Assembly: GCA_902614235.1 (NCBI GenBank)
Contig: CACMKG010000002.1
Coordinates: 17,354-81,353, forward strand
Direction of reading: 5' to 3'
Source of the DNA: an uncultured SAR86 cluster bacterium
GTDB taxonomy: Bacteria > Pseudomonadota > Gammaproteobacteria > Magnimaribacterales > AG-339-G14
DNA: 64,000 bases
In this document: positions 39,745-50,902 of the stretch, in pieces
Position numbering within the stretch: the first letter of the stretch is position 1
How the letters are laid out: every line of letters begins with the position of its first letter
The notes under the pieces: model-generated
What the model saw: only the letters and a program-made list of their open reading frames with translations
Told to the model about the DNA's origin: nothing
The model's database searches: none
Program-made: the position numbers and the translations under genes

Positions 39745-40938
39745 TTAAAGGCCTAAAACAGCTTTTGCAATAACATTCCTTTGAACTTCATTACTTCCAC
39801 CATAGATAGATACTTTTCTATAATTTAGATAATGAGGCATGACATTAGCTGCAAAATCAGGACCTATTCTTTTTTCATTTGATTTTAAATCTTCCTCGCT
39901 CATGAAAGGATGAGCATAATAACCTAATGCTTCAACATAAAGATCGGATAAAGATTGTTGTAAATCTGTTCCTCCGATTTTTAAAATAGAAGATTCAGGA
40001 CCAGGATGACCTCCTGCAGATATAGAAGCTAATGTTCTTAGTTCTGTAAACTCTGCTGACAACAAATCAATCTCAACTTTGTTCAGTTTATCCATAAATA
40101 GTTGATCGTCCTTTAAAAAACCTTCGTTTAAAGGAAGTTCTTCTGTAATCTGTCTCAACCTTCTAATTTCTCTTTTGAGATGGGGGATACCACCGATACC
40201 AGTTCTTTCATGAGCAAGTAAAAACTTGGCTATGCTCCATCCGGCACCTTCCTCACCAATTAAGTTTTCAGCAGGAACTTCAACATTATCAAGATAAACC
40301 ATATTTACTTCATGAGAACCATCGATTGTTATTATTGGTTTTACTTCTACACCAGGAGATTTCATGTCTATCAATAAGAAACTTATTCCTTGTTGTTTAA
40401 TTCCTGAAGAGTCAGTTCTGACTAAACAGAAAATCCAATCTGCATGTTGTGCCATAGTTGTCCAAGTCTTGGTGCCGTTAACTATGTATTTATCTCCTTT
40501 TTTTTCTGCTTTTGTCTTCAAAGACGCTAAATCAGATCCTGATCCAGGTTCAGAATAGCCCTGACACCACCAAACATTGTTATCTCTGATATCAGGTAAG
40601 AATCTCTCTTTTTGTTCTTCTGTTCCAAATGTGTAAATTACTGGTCCACACATACTTACTCCAAAAGGAACGATATTAGGGGTGTTGGCTTCAGCCAACT
40701 CATTTTGAAAAATAAATTTTTGAGTTACAGACCAGCCTGAGCCGCCATGTTCTTCAGGCCAATTGATCGCAAACCAGCCTTTCTTGCTGAGAATTTTTTG
40801 CCAAGTAACAATGTCATCTTTAGATACTGGCACACCATTATCCATTTTTTCTTTGATTTCAGATGGGTAGTTTTCTTTAATAAACGATCGAACTTCTGAT
40901 TGAAATTTTAAGTCTTCTTCTGAAAAAGATAAGTTCAT
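39745..40938 (-). CDS. Acyl-CoA dehydrogenase (large-subunit/PimC-like partner)
   Basis: WCQGYSEPGSGSDLASL, KTWTT, SIYGGSNEVQRNVIAK. Confidence 0.92.
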   Translation of the reverse strand: MNLSFSEEDLKFQSEVRSFIKENYPSEIKEKMDNGVPVSKDDIVTWQKILSKKGWFAINWPEEHGGSGWSVTQKFIFQNELAEANTPNIVPFGVSMCGPVIYTFGTEEQKERFLPDIRDNNVWWCQGYSEPGSGSDLASLKTKAEKKGDKYIVNGTKTWTTMAQHADWIFCLVRTDSSGIKQQGISFLLIDMKSPGVEVKPIITIDGSHEVNMVYLDNVEVPAENLIGEEGAGWSIAKFLLAHERTGIGGIPHLKREIRRLRQITEELPLNEGFLKDDQLFMDKLNKVEIDLLSAEFTELRTLASISAGGHPGPESSILKIGGTDLQQSLSDLYVEALGYYAHPFMSEEDLKSNEKRIGPDFAANVMPHYLNYRKVSIYGGSNEVQRNVIAKAVLGL

Positions 40939-41025
40939 AATTAACCTCTATAAAGTATTTGATTTGTATCTGAGGTAGGTATTATACACACAGAATTAAA
41001 CTTCAAAAGGTGTAAAGACACTCAT

Positions 41026-43962
41026 ATGCATAGAATTTTAGGACATCAAAAATCTCTAGTAATTTGTGAGAATCAATTTTTTTTAAATGATTTTGCTAAC
41101 TTTTTGGAAGATAAGAAAATCAATGATTATTTTATTTTAAATGACCTTGAAGTTTTGCCTTATGATCTTTTTTCACCTCATCCAGAAAAATTATCTACGC
41201 GTCTTGAAACAATGGCAAAAATTACAAGTGAAGATGAAATTATTGTTCTTGCGACCATAAATTCACTAATTCAACCCTATTTTGATAAGAATTCCTTTAA
41301 TAGATTTTCGTATGAATTTAGCGAAGGAGATTTGTTAGATAGAAATCATCTTATAAATTCGTTATCAAAATCTGGCTATAAAGCATCTGAAATAGTATCT
41401 GAGCGATCTGAATATGCTATCAGAGGCTCTGTCATAGATATTTTTCCCGCAAACTCTAATTTGCCTCTTAGAATTGACCTTGATGACGAAAAGATAGAAT
41501 CCATTAGAATTTTCGACAAAGATTCTCAAATTTCATTTCAAACGATCAATAAATACAAATGTAGGCCCAGCAAAGGTTTTGAATTGGATAAAGAAGCAAT
41601 AGCGTTGTTTAAGAAAAATTGGCGGAGAGAGTTTAATGAAGATGGAGATTTTTTTGATCAAATATCTAAAGGCAAATTTCCTGAAGGAATTGAATCTTAC
41701 TTCCCATTGTTTTATGAAAAAAAACCCGCTTTCGAAGATTTTTTTTCACTTTTCTCTATTTTCTCCTACGGAAAAGTAGATAGTGGTGCAGAAAAATATT
41801 GGGAATTAATAAATAGAAGGTTTGAAGATTTTATTTCTGATAAAAATCGTCCTCCTCTCAAACCTAAATTATTATATAACGACCCAGCAGAAGTTTTAAA
41901 AAATCATGAAATTTTACCTGTCAAAAAAGAAATTGAGACAACTAGTGGAGTTAATAAAGAAGCAGAAGTAGAGAAGAATTTAAATCAAAATCAAACCACC
42001 ATTGATGATTTTAACGAATTTACAATTGATAAAAAAATAGTTCACTCTAATTATGGTATTGGAATTTATAAAGGTCTAAAAAATCTTAACAACACTGAGT
42101 GTTTTGTTATTGAATATGAGGGTGAAGAAATTTTATATATCCCGGTTGATTCAATAAATGTTTTGACTCCATATGTTGGAAACCAAGATATAAAACTCGA
42201 TTCTCTAAGTAAAAATAATTGGAAACTTAAAAAAGAAAAATCTGAGAAAAAGGCCTACGATATAGCTACCGAATTACTTGAAGCTGAAGCAAAAAGAAAA
42301 ATTGAGAAATCAGAACAATTAATTATCCCTGATCAAGACAAGTACCAAGCTTTTAAAGATGGTTTTGGATTCTCGGAGACGCCAGATCAAGCGATTACAA
42401 TTTCTCAGGTTATAGATGATTTATCTATATCGAAACCTCAAGATCGTTTAATTTGTGGAGAAGTTGGATTTGGAAAAACTGAAATTGCACTAAGAGCATC
42501 TTACGTTTGTTCAGAAAATTTAAAACAAGTTTGTATTCTTGCCCCAACAACTCTTTTAGCCAGACAACATTATGAGTTATTTAAAGAAAGATTCAAAAAT
42601 TTCAATGTCAAAGTTGATTTTTTATCCAGAGAAAGAAGTCAAAAAGAAAAGAAAATAATTATTGATGAATTAAAGAGTGGCGACATCTCTATTATTATCG
42701 GTACTCATTCTCTGCTAGGAGATTCTATAACTTTTGCTGATCTTGGGTTATTAGTTATTGATGAAGAACATAGGTTTGGAGTGAGACAAAAAGAAAAATT
42801 AAGAAATTTAAAAAAAGGGGTAAATGTGATCTATCTTTCCGCAACTCCAATTCCTAGATCACTAAATTTGGCTCTATCTAAAGTCAGAGATATTTCCATC
42901 ATTTCATCTCCTCCTCCAGGAAGGAAAACAGTGGAAACAATAGTTTCTAGGTATTCAAATGCGTTGATTAAAGAAGCTCTTGAAAGAGAATTTCATAGAT
43001 CAGGACAATCTTTCTACTTACTCAATAGCGTCTCTAACTTGAACTTTAAAGTTGAGGAAATTAGAAAAATACTTCCTGATGCAATCGTTTCATCGGCTCA
43101 TGGTCAAATGTCGCCCAAAGATCTAAAAGAAATCATGATCAAATTCCACAATAAAGAAATAGATATCTTGGTTTGTACAACCATCATAGAGAGCGGCCTA
43201 GACATTCCTAACGCAAATACTTTAATAGTTGAAAGTGCTGAGAACTTTGGATTGTCTCAGCTCCATCAAATAAGAGGCAGAGTCGGAAGATCAAAAAGGC
43301 AAGCATATGCATATTTTTTAACTTCAGAAGATAAAAATCTTTCAAAAAACGCTGTTTCAAGAATTGATGCTCTTAAATTTGGAGATTCTCTTAATTCAGG
43401 TTTTAACCTAGCAATGAGAGATCTAGAAATTAGAGGAGCAGGAGAATTATTAGGAGAAAAACAAAGTGGAATGATTGATTTTGTTGGCTTAACTCTTTTT
43501 ACTTCTTTGATTGATAAATCAATAAAACTTCTTAAAGGAGATCTTGAAACTAGTCTTGATGAAATTGAAATTAAGTTAGGAGTAAATGGATATATCACAG
43601 AGGAATCGATCCCCCAACCTGAAGTAAGATTATCTCTCTACAAAAAAATGACTTCGTTCAAAGAAGAAAAAGATTTATTTGAGTTAAAAAAAGAACTGGA
43701 GGATAGATTTGGAAAACTTCCCGAAGAAACAGAAAATTTAATAAAAATAGCAAGAATAAGAATCTTGAGTAGCAAGCTATCAATTTATAAGATTTTGTCA
43801 GAACAAGATCGAATCTTTCTTTTCTTGAATTCTAAAAGCCCTCTGAAACCAAAAGATTCTAACCTAGAAAAAATATTTCTTAACTATTCAACTAAAGAAG
43901 TAGATAAAATAGATTTTGTCTTAGATAAACTAGTTTCTTTTGATGAACAAAATAAATCTTAA
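41026..43962 (+). CDS. mfd: Transcription-repair coupling factor (compact)
   Basis: EVLPYD, RGSVIDIFP, RID VHSNYGIG, CGEVGFGKT, DEEHRFG, QIRGRVGR, RDLEIRGAG. Confidence 0.95.
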   Translation: MHRILGHQKSLVICENQFFLNDFANFLEDKKINDYFILNDLEVLPYDLFSPHPEKLSTRLETMAKITSEDEIIVLATINSLIQPYFDKNSFNRFSYEFSEGDLLDRNHLINSLSKSGYKASEIVSERSEYAIRGSVIDIFPANSNLPLRIDLDDEKIESIRIFDKDSQISFQTINKYKCRPSKGFELDKEAIALFKKNWRREFNEDGDFFDQISKGKFPEGIESYFPLFYEKKPAFEDFFSLFSIFSYGKVDSGAEKYWELINRRFEDFISDKNRPPLKPKLLYNDPAEVLKNHEILPVKKEIETTSGVNKEAEVEKNLNQNQTTIDDFNEFTIDKKIVHSNYGIGIYKGLKNLNNTECFVIEYEGEEILYIPVDSINVLTPYVGNQDIKLDSLSKNNWKLKKEKSEKKAYDIATELLEAEAKRKIEKSEQLIIPDQDKYQAFKDGFGFSETPDQAITISQVIDDLSISKPQDRLICGEVGFGKTEIALRASYVCSENLKQVCILAPTTLLARQHYELFKERFKNFNVKVDFLSRERSQKEKKIIIDELKSGDISIIIGTHSLLGDSITFADLGLLVIDEEHRFGVRQKEKLRNLKKGVNVIYLSATPIPRSLNLALSKVRDISIISSPPPGRKTVETIVSRYSNALIKEALEREFHRSGQSFYLLNSVSNLNFKVEEIRKILPDAIVSSAHGQMSPKDLKEIMIKFHNKEIDILVCTTIIESGLDIPNANTLIVESAENFGLSQLHQIRGRVGRSKRQAYAYFLTSEDKNLSKNAVSRIDALKFGDSLNSGFNLAMRDLEIRGAGELLGEKQSGMIDFVGLTLFTSLIDKSIKLLKGDLETSLDEIEIKLGVNGYITEESIPQPEVRLSLYKKMTSFKEEKDLFELKKELEDRFGKLPEETENLIKIARIRILSSKLSIYKILSEQDRIFLFLNSKSPLKPKDSNLEKIFLNYSTKEVDKIDFVLDKLVSFDEQNKS

Positions 43963-44749
43963 TTTAATCGTTATTTTCAGCTCTATTGTTTTTTCGAATT
44001 TCTCTTTTTCAGATGAGAGTATTTATAGAATTGACTATATTATTTTTAAATTTTTGCCAGACATTGCTTCCAAGGAAAAATTCGAAGCTCCTGAAATAAC
44101 TTTTTCTGATGAGTTAATAAATATCACCGACTTAAAATATCCTGAATTTAATAAGCCAGATTCTTTAAATAATAATTTACCTTATCAGGAATTATTTCAG
44201 GATATTTCAATTTCAAGAGTAATAAATCAATCAAATCTTCAGGAAGAAAGTACTGAAGATCAAGTTCGAATGTCTAAAAATCAGGTTTTTTTTCAAAATG
44301 ATTCTGGTGTCGACTTTGCAATGGAAGAAATTGTTCAGAAATTAAAAAGAAGCAAAAATTATAGAGTAATTGACCAGAATTCATGGTTTCAAGAAATAAA
44401 AGATCAGTCTCAAGCACCAGCAGTTTTAATAAAAACTAAAATAGATGATGGAGATATTGTTGTCGGAGAAATCAAAGCCTATAAAAAAAGATTTTTACAT
44501 TTACATGCAAATCTTTATTTTGCTGAAGAATCTATAAACCCTGCTTCATTTGAAAAAATAGTTATACTTAAAGAGCAATTCAAGAAAGGAGAATTTGTAA
44601 TCAATCAAATAAATCTCTTTGAAAATGAAGAATTAGAATTTTTGTATCAAATTAACCATTCTAGAAAGGTAAGATCTAAAGAACTGCATTACATAGACCA
44701 TCCAAAATTCGGTGTTATTTTTCAGATATCGCCAACTAAGAATATATAG
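43940..44749 (+). CDS. csiV: Peptidoglycan-binding protein, CsiV family
   Basis: Signal peptide, YRIDYIIF, RFLHLHANL, RKVRSKELHYIDHPKFGV; follows mfd. Confidence 0.8.
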   Translation: MMNKINLNLIVIFSSIVFSNFSFSDESIYRIDYIIFKFLPDIASKEKFEAPEITFSDELINITDLKYPEFNKPDSLNNNLPYQELFQDISISRVINQSNLQEESTEDQVRMSKNQVFFQNDSGVDFAMEEIVQKLKRSKNYRVIDQNSWFQEIKDQSQAPAVLIKTKIDDGDIVVGEIKAYKKRFLHLHANLYFAEESINPASFEKIVILKEQFKKGEFVINQINLFENEELEFLYQINHSRKVRSKELHYIDHPKFGVIFQISPTKNI

Positions 44750-46151
44750 ATTTCTTTTCTTTGTAGTGATCGAGAAGTTTTTCTAAAATTTCTACATCCT
44801 CTTCTGAATTTTCCTCAGTCAGAGACGTTTCAGCTTCTATAATGGCTTGATCTAAAGTTTGTCCTCGATCCTTAAGCCAAGGTCCCTTTGAAAAGAGTCT
44901 TGTCTTTACAAAAGACTCAAATCTATCAATCATTTCTTTAGAAGCAAATTCTGGCTTTTGATAACAAACAATCCTCTCAGCTAATTCTCGATATCTTTCA
45001 TCTTCGAAGCCCTCAATCAATTTAGCTTTTTCAGCCCATGGCGCTAATTCAAACCTTTCCCTCCATAATTTATCAGCCTCCGAAGGAAAGCCATCATAGA
45101 TCCTTTGCTCAACAATTTCTTGTGCTGGCCAATTAAATTGAGTTTCTCCTAAGACATTAGAAATTCTTTCTTGAAAATCTATATTTTCTTTTACTAACTT
45201 TGCTCTTTCTTCTAATTGCTTTTCTGGGACGTCTAAAAATTCAAACAAATTAGGTATGTTTTTTGCGTTAATAAGAGGAATAGTTTTATTGATTGCTATC
45301 TTTTTAAATGCACCTGATCTACCAAATTGTCCCTTTAGTTCGCTATCTTTCATTTCAAAAAGCTCCTTGGGATCAAAATACAGATCAAGAAGGATTATTT
45401 CGTTTTTATTGTTGGGATTTTGGCCACATGGCACAACAGGATAGGTAAATTTTTTACCGCCATATAACTCTCCTTGCATACAAAAAGGTTCTGAATTAAG
45501 TAGCTTCATACAACCTTCTTTAGATGATGCTGATACTGCAGAGGACCAAACTTCAGGAATTTTTTCTTTGATGACTCTTAGAAGGTTAATCATTAAATAA
45601 CAGTCAACTACAGCATCATGTGCATTTTGAGCAGAAATTCCATTTTCTTCTGCAAGCAGTTCTAACTTATATTTTATTTTTCCTTCATCATCCGTAGGAA
45701 AAAGAATTTGATCGGAATAAAAATTAGCAATTATCATCATCACCACCATTAAATCTATTCGACTAGCGCCATTTGTGTTGGTCATATAGGGGTCATAGAG
45801 ATTCCAATAAAATTGTCTTCGTAATAACTCTTCATCAAATTTCATTCCATTGTAAGTTACATGAATTAAATTCTTTTCTTTGCTCCATAGTGACCATTTG
45901 TCTTTTAAAGTAGTCATCATATCAAGATGAGACATATTGCTATTTAAGCTATCTAGCTGTTTGTGAACTTTATATGCTCCTACTGTAGGAACAACCCAAG
46001 GCAAAACCTTTGAAGAAATATCCAATTCTTCTAAAACTTCAAAGTTTTCATCACTTAGAACAGATCCAATTTGAATAATTTGGGAAAACCAAGTATTCAA
46101 ACCGGTGGTTTCCGTATCATTAAATACGTAGAGTTTATTTTCGTCGCTCAT
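44736..46151 (-). CDS. sbcB: Exodeoxyribonuclease I (DnaQ-like)
   Basis: DTETTG, YNGMKFDEE, KLELLA...NAHDAVVD, IYDGF, D.RY.ELA.R. Confidence 0.85.
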   Translation of the reverse strand: MSDENKLYVFNDTETTGLNTWFSQIIQIGSVLSDENFEVLEELDISSKVLPWVVPTVGAYKVHKQLDSLNSNMSHLDMMTTLKDKWSLWSKEKNLIHVTYNGMKFDEELLRRQFYWNLYDPYMTNTNGASRIDLMVVMMIIANFYSDQILFPTDDEGKIKYKLELLAEENGISAQNAHDAVVDCYLMINLLRVIKEKIPEVWSSAVSASSKEGCMKLLNSEPFCMQGELYGGKKFTYPVVPCGQNPNNKNEIILLDLYFDPKELFEMKDSELKGQFGRSGAFKKIAINKTIPLINAKNIPNLFEFLDVPEKQLEERAKLVKENIDFQERISNVLGETQFNWPAQEIVEQRIYDGFPSEADKLWRERFELAPWAEKAKLIEGFEDERYRELAERIVCYQKPEFASKEMIDRFESFVKTRLFSKGPWLKDRGQTLDQAIIEAETSLTEENSEEDVEILEKLLDHYKEKKSIYS

Positions 46152-46199
46152 TAATTTAATTATATTAAATAATTACGACAGATAGTGTCCAATGAAAGA

Positions 46200-46778
46200 C
46201 TATTTATAATAAGCGTTTTCTCTTTGAGAGTGATCGGTAGAGTCTACTATTTCGGTTAATTCAGGAATATTATCTTTAAGAGTTTTTTCTACGCCGTCTC
46301 TGAGCGTTAAATCAACCATGCCACAACCTTGACATCCTCCACCGAACCTTAAGACTGCTTTAGAATTTTCAATAACCTCGACTAAATGGACCTCTCCTCC
46401 GTGAGAAGCTAAAGAAGGATTTACCTCGCTGTATAGATAGTAATTAATTTTATCTTCAATCGAGCTATCTTCTTTTAAATTCGGCGTCTTAGCGTTTGGC
46501 GCTCTTATTGTTAACTGACCCCCAAACTTATCGGGATTGTAATCAACTTTAGTATCCTCTAAAAAAGGCAAGCTTAGATTTTCTAAATAAACTTTTATTT
46601 TTTTTAATTTTAAAAGTTTGTCATCTTTTTCCTGCTCCCCTTCTTTACAATAAACGATGCAAGTTTCTGCAGAAGGCATTCCTGGGTCTGTTACAAAAAT
46701 TTTAATATTTATATTATTTTCATCTTGCTTAGAAAGTAAGTCAGCTAAATAATCTTCAGCTGATTCAGAGATAAAAAT
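46200..46778 (-). CDS. nfuA: Fe/S biogenesis protein NfuA; start appears non-canonical
   Basis: [39 protein letters not shown]. Homologous N-terminus [15 protein letters not shown] extends upstream of the first ATG at 46679. Confidence 0.92.
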   Translation of the reverse strand: MFISESAEDYLADLLSKQDENNINIKIFVTDPGMPSAETCIVYCKEGEQEKDDKLLKLKKIKVYLENLSLPFLEDTKVDYNPDKFGGQLTIRAPNAKTPNLKEDSSIEDKINYYLYSEVNPSLASHGGEVHLVEVIENSKAVLRFGGGCQGCGMVDLTLRDGVEKTLKDNIPELTEIVDSTDHSQRENAYYK

Positions 46779-46789
46779 ATTTGGTAAAC

Positions 46790-47719
46790 TTATATTTTTG
46801 ATTCTAACTCCGGCATCGCTTCAAATAAATCAGCAACCAATCCATAATCAGCAACTTGAAATATGGGTGCGTCCTCATCTTTATTGATTGCTACAATAAC
46901 TTTGCTGTCTTTCATGCCAGCAAGATGTTGAATTGCCCCTGAAATTCCTACAGCAATGTATAAGTCCGGAGCAACAATTTTTCCAGTTTGTCCTACTTGG
47001 TAATCATTTGGCACAAATCCAGAATCGACAGCAGCCCTTGAGGCACCTATAGCCGCTCCTAATTTATCAGCGATACCTTCTAAAATAGAAAAATTATCTC
47101 CGTTTTGCATGCCTCGTCCTCCTGAAATAATGACATCCGCTGCCGTTAACTCAGGCCTATCTGATTCAGCGATTTCTTCTTTGACAAATTTTGAAATGCC
47201 TGCATCATTTATCTCTTCTAAAGTAATTATTTCAGCACTACCACCGGATGCAGCTGCTGCATCAAAAGCAGTATTTCTAACAGTTATAATCTTTTTAGAA
47301 TCTTTGCTTTTAACAGTAGCGATACAATTTCCAGCATAAATCGGTCTCTGGAAGGTATCAGAACTTTCTATCGCTGAAATATCTGAAATTTGACTAACAT
47401 CTTGAAGAGCAGCGACTCTTGGCATTACATTTTTACCATTAGTTGTGGTTGGTGCAAGAATATAATCATAATCGCCTGAAATGTTAGACACCAATGTAGC
47501 AATGTTTTCAGCTAGGAAATTCTCGTAAGCGCCAGATTCGACTAAAAGTACTTTGGCTACTCCAGAAACCTTGGCAGCTTCTTCAGCCACAGCTGAACAA
47601 GCATTTCCTGCAATTAATACGTGGACTTCTTGATCTAGTCCTAAGGCCGCCGTAACTGTGTTTAAAGTAACTGGTTTGAGTTCTTGGTTGTTATGTTCTG
47701 CTACTACTAATGCTGTCAT
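46790..47719 (-). CDS. etfA: Electron transfer flavoprotein alpha subunit
   Basis: [35 protein letters not shown]. Confidence 0.98.
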   Translation of the reverse strand: MTALVVAEHNNQELKPVTLNTVTAALGLDQEVHVLIAGNACSAVAEEAAKVSGVAKVLLVESGAYENFLAENIATLVSNISGDYDYILAPTTTNGKNVMPRVAALQDVSQISDISAIESSDTFQRPIYAGNCIATVKSKDSKKIITVRNTAFDAAAASGGSAEIITLEEINDAGISKFVKEEIAESDRPELTAADVIISGGRGMQNGDNFSILEGIADKLGAAIGASRAAVDSGFVPNDYQVGQTGKIVAPDLYIAVGISGAIQHLAGMKDSKVIVAINKDEDAPIFQVADYGLVADLFEAMPELESKI

Positions 47720-48468
47720 GAAATCACCTTTGCTTCGTTTTTAAGTTTATCTATTAATTCGTCGACCGTTTCAACAATTACTCCAGCTTCTCTTTCAGCC
47801 GGTAAAGTTACTTTTATAGTTTCAAGCCTTGGAGAAATATCCACTCCGAGGTCTGCTGCAGGAATAACATCTAGTGGCTTAGATTTAGCTTTCATAATAT
47901 TAGGAAGAGAAGCATATCTTGGCTCATTTAATCTTAAATCTGTTGTGACAATTGCTGGCAAATTTATATCTAAAGTTTGTAAACCCCCATCAATTTCTCT
48001 GGTTACAGAAAGACTGTCACCCTCTAAATTTACTTCAGAAGCAAATGTTGCTTGGGAAAAGCCAGTCAAGGCACCAAGCATCTGCCCAGTTTGGTTATTG
48101 TCACCATCTATCGCTTGTTTTCCCAAAATAATAAGATCAGGAGATTCTTTATCAACGATGGATTTTAGTAATTTAGAAATTCCTAGGGGTTCAGCTTCAA
48201 CTTCAGTTTCAACTAAAATGGCTCTATCAGCTCCTAAAGCAAGAGCCGTTCTAAGTTGTTCTTGAGACGAGCTAGCTCCAATAGTAACAGCAATAATTTC
48301 TTCTGCTTTTCCAGCTTCTTTGAGTCTTACCGCCTCTTCAACAGCAATTTCACAAAATGGATTCATAGCCATTTTTACATTATTTAGATCTACTCCAGTT
48401 TCGTCTGATTTAGGTCTAACTTTAACGTTGTAATCTACAACTCTTTTAATTGGTACTAAAATTTTCAT
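47716..48468 (-). CDS. etfB: Electron transfer flavoprotein beta subunit
   Basis: [37 protein letters not shown]. Confidence 0.98.
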   Translation of the reverse strand: MKILVPIKRVVDYNVKVRPKSDETGVDLNNVKMAMNPFCEIAVEEAVRLKEAGKAEEIIAVTIGASSSQEQLRTALALGADRAILVETEVEAEPLGISKLLKSIVDKESPDLIILGKQAIDGDNNQTGQMLGALTGFSQATFASEVNLEGDSLSVTREIDGGLQTLDINLPAIVTTDLRLNEPRYASLPNIMKAKSKPLDVIPAADLGVDISPRLETIKVTLPAEREAGVIVETVDELIDKLKNEAKVIS

Positions 48469-48649
48469 AAAATTAATGATCTATTGGTCTTGAACGGAAA
48501 TATTTTAATTGATATCAGTTATTCAAGCAAAGACTTGAAGGCATAAGTTTATATGAATATTTGAAAAAAGTTATTAAAAGAGGCATTTTTTTATGCTTAT
48601 TTGCTATAAAACAACTTGATTATAGGTTTTTAAACTACAATATAAGTAA

Positions 48650-50314
48650 ATGGAAGTTACTACAGAAGAAGTGTCAAGAGACGTTATGGAATATGACGTT
48701 GTTATTGTTGGTGCAGGACCATCTGGTCTCTCCTCAGCCATAAGATTAAAACAGCTGGCAGCAAAAAATAATTCTGATTTGAGTGTTTGCGTCATTGAAA
48801 AAGGTTCTGAAGTTGGAGCTCATATTTTATCTGGTAATTGTTTCGAGCCGAGAGCTTTAAACGAATTAATTCCTGATTGGAAAGAAAAAGGTGCACCTCT
48901 TAATAGCCCTGCTAAAAAAGATGTAATCAAGGTTCTCTTGAATGAAAAACTATCATTCAATGTTCCTTTCCCTTCCTTTTTCCTCCCAAATTTTAATAAT
49001 CATGGAAACTACGTTATGAGCTTGGCTAACCTTTGCCGATGGCTTGCGACACAAGCCGAAGGTCTAGGTGTTGAAATATTTCCAGGTTTTACTGCTTCTG
49101 AAGTTATTTTTGAAGATAACGTTGTCAAAGGAATTCTTACTGGAGAGATGGGAATTTCCAAGGAAGGCGAGAAAAAAGCCTCTTATCAGCCATCAATGGA
49201 ATTAAGAGGAAAATACACAATTTTTGCCGAAGGTTGTCGCGGGCATTTAGGAAAGCAACTCATTTCAAAATACGAATTAGATGCTGAATGTGACCCTCAA
49301 CATTACGGTATTGGTTTCAAAGAAGTTTGGGATGTGCCTGAAGAATTGCATTCTGAGGGAACAGTCATGCACACTTTAGGTTGGCCTAGTATGGAATCTA
49401 AAGCGGGCTCTTATTTTTACCATGGTGAAAATAATCAAGTTTATTTAGGAATTGTAGTTCCATTGGATTATTCAAATCCTCATTTAAGTCCGTTTGATGA
49501 ATTTCAACAGTGGAAACAACACAAAGATATCAAGAAAATATTAGAAAAAGGTACTCGAGTTGCTTATGGGGCTAGAGCTCTCACTAAGGGTGGATATAGC
49601 TCCAGACCTAAAATGACTTTCCCTGGTGGGCTATTAGTAGGTTGTGATGCAGGTTTAATGGTTTTCACCAAAATTAAGGGATCTCATACTGCTATGAAAT
49701 CTGGAATGCTGGCTGCAGAGTCAACTTTTGAAGCAATCTCTGATAACAAAGTAGGTGAAGATTTATTAGATTTCGAAGAAAAATTTCAAGCATCTTGGAT
49801 TCAAAATGATTTATATAAATCAAGAAATATGGGAGCTCTTTTCCACAAATACGGTATTGCCTTGGGTGGATTGATATTAGGTATCGAACAATTTCTTTTC
49901 AGAGGAAAAATGCCTTTTACTTGGAGACATAAGACTCCTGATTATGCTTGTATGAAGAAAGCTAAAGAAGCAAAAAAAATAGATTATCCTAAGCCGGACG
50001 GTGTCGTAAGTTTTGACAAACTTTCATCAGTTTTTTTATCAAATACAAATCATGAAGAAGATCAACCTTGTCACTTAACTCTTAAAGACGCATCTATTCC
50101 GATTGCAGTTAACCTGCCTGAATATGATGAGCCCGCTCAGAGATATTGTCCTGCTGGAGTGTATGAAGTCGTAGAAAAAGAAGGTGAAAAAAAGTTTCAG
50201 ATTAATGCTCAAAATTGTGTGCATTGTAAAACTTGCGACATTAAAGATCCAAGTCAAAATATAGTTTGGGTAACTCCTGAAGGAATGGGTGGCCCTAATT
50301 ATCCAAACATGTAA
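48650..50314 (+). CDS. ETF-ubiquinone oxidoreductase
   Basis: VGAGPSG, EKGSEVGAHILSG, KIKGSHTAMKSG, 4Fe-4S CPAGVYE...NCVHCKTCDIKDP. Confidence 0.97.
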   Translation: MEVTTEEVSRDVMEYDVVIVGAGPSGLSSAIRLKQLAAKNNSDLSVCVIEKGSEVGAHILSGNCFEPRALNELIPDWKEKGAPLNSPAKKDVIKVLLNEKLSFNVPFPSFFLPNFNNHGNYVMSLANLCRWLATQAEGLGVEIFPGFTASEVIFEDNVVKGILTGEMGISKEGEKKASYQPSMELRGKYTIFAEGCRGHLGKQLISKYELDAECDPQHYGIGFKEVWDVPEELHSEGTVMHTLGWPSMESKAGSYFYHGENNQVYLGIVVPLDYSNPHLSPFDEFQQWKQHKDIKKILEKGTRVAYGARALTKGGYSSRPKMTFPGGLLVGCDAGLMVFTKIKGSHTAMKSGMLAAESTFEAISDNKVGEDLLDFEEKFQASWIQNDLYKSRNMGALFHKYGIALGGLILGIEQFLFRGKMPFTWRHKTPDYACMKKAKEAKKIDYPKPDGVVSFDKLSSVFLSNTNHEEDQPCHLTLKDASIPIAVNLPEYDEPAQRYCPAGVYEVVEKEGEKKFQINAQNCVHCKTCDIKDPSQNIVWVTPEGMGGPNYPNM

Positions 50315-50323
50315 ATTTAAGAA

Positions 50324-50902
50324 TTATTCTATTTTTCCTAAAGAAAAATCTATCCCTGAACTTTCAATAATTAATTCCTTTGAGTTTCTATCTAGTGCAG
50401 CTTCCTGAACCAACTGGTAAAAAACATTTCTTGAAATCAATCCTTCTAAATTTTTTCTAACCAAAAGATAAGGAGATGGCTCATTAGTAGCTTCGGAAAA
50501 CTCAATCCTTAATGGGTGAGAAGAATTCAAAGGCACAACATCGCCAACATTAGTTTGAAAAAAGAATGTTTCCTGATCATCAATTATTTCCTTATCGTAA
50601 GTAACTATAACGAATGGTTTATCAGCGACTTCTATTTTGATTTTTTCAACTGGAGTAACTAAGTAATAAAAACCATCCTCATCTAGCCTTAATACTGAAC
50701 TAAATAGTTTAACCATTTTTTCTCTTCCGATTAGCGAGCCCATAAAAAACCATTTACCATCCTTTGAAATTTTCATTTCCACATTTTCACAAAGAGGTGG
50801 ATTCCATTTATCTACTGGCGGTAATTCTCCAGATGTTTTTTGAGCCTCTAGAATATCTTTTAGTATGCTTGCAGTATTAACTTCTCTATTCATTGTCAGC
50901 AA
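50324..50902 (-). CDS. DUF1285 family protein
   Basis: LPPVDKWNPPLC, GKWFFMGS, YYLVTPVEK, FQTNVGD, PYLLVR. Confidence 0.88.
   Translation of the reverse strand: MLTMNREVNTASILKDILEAQKTSGELPPVDKWNPPLCENVEMKISKDGKWFFMGSLIGREKMVKLFSSVLRLDEDGFYYLVTPVEKIKIEVADKPFVIVTYDKEIIDDQETFFFQTNVGDVVPLNSSHPLRIEFSEATNEPSPYLLVRKNLEGLISRNVFYQLVQEAALDRNSKELIIESSGIDFSLGKIE

Noticed and set aside
41026-43962. mfd as a pseudogene because it is short
   Set aside because: The frame is uninterrupted with RID, helicase and TRG motifs intact; consistent with streamlining.
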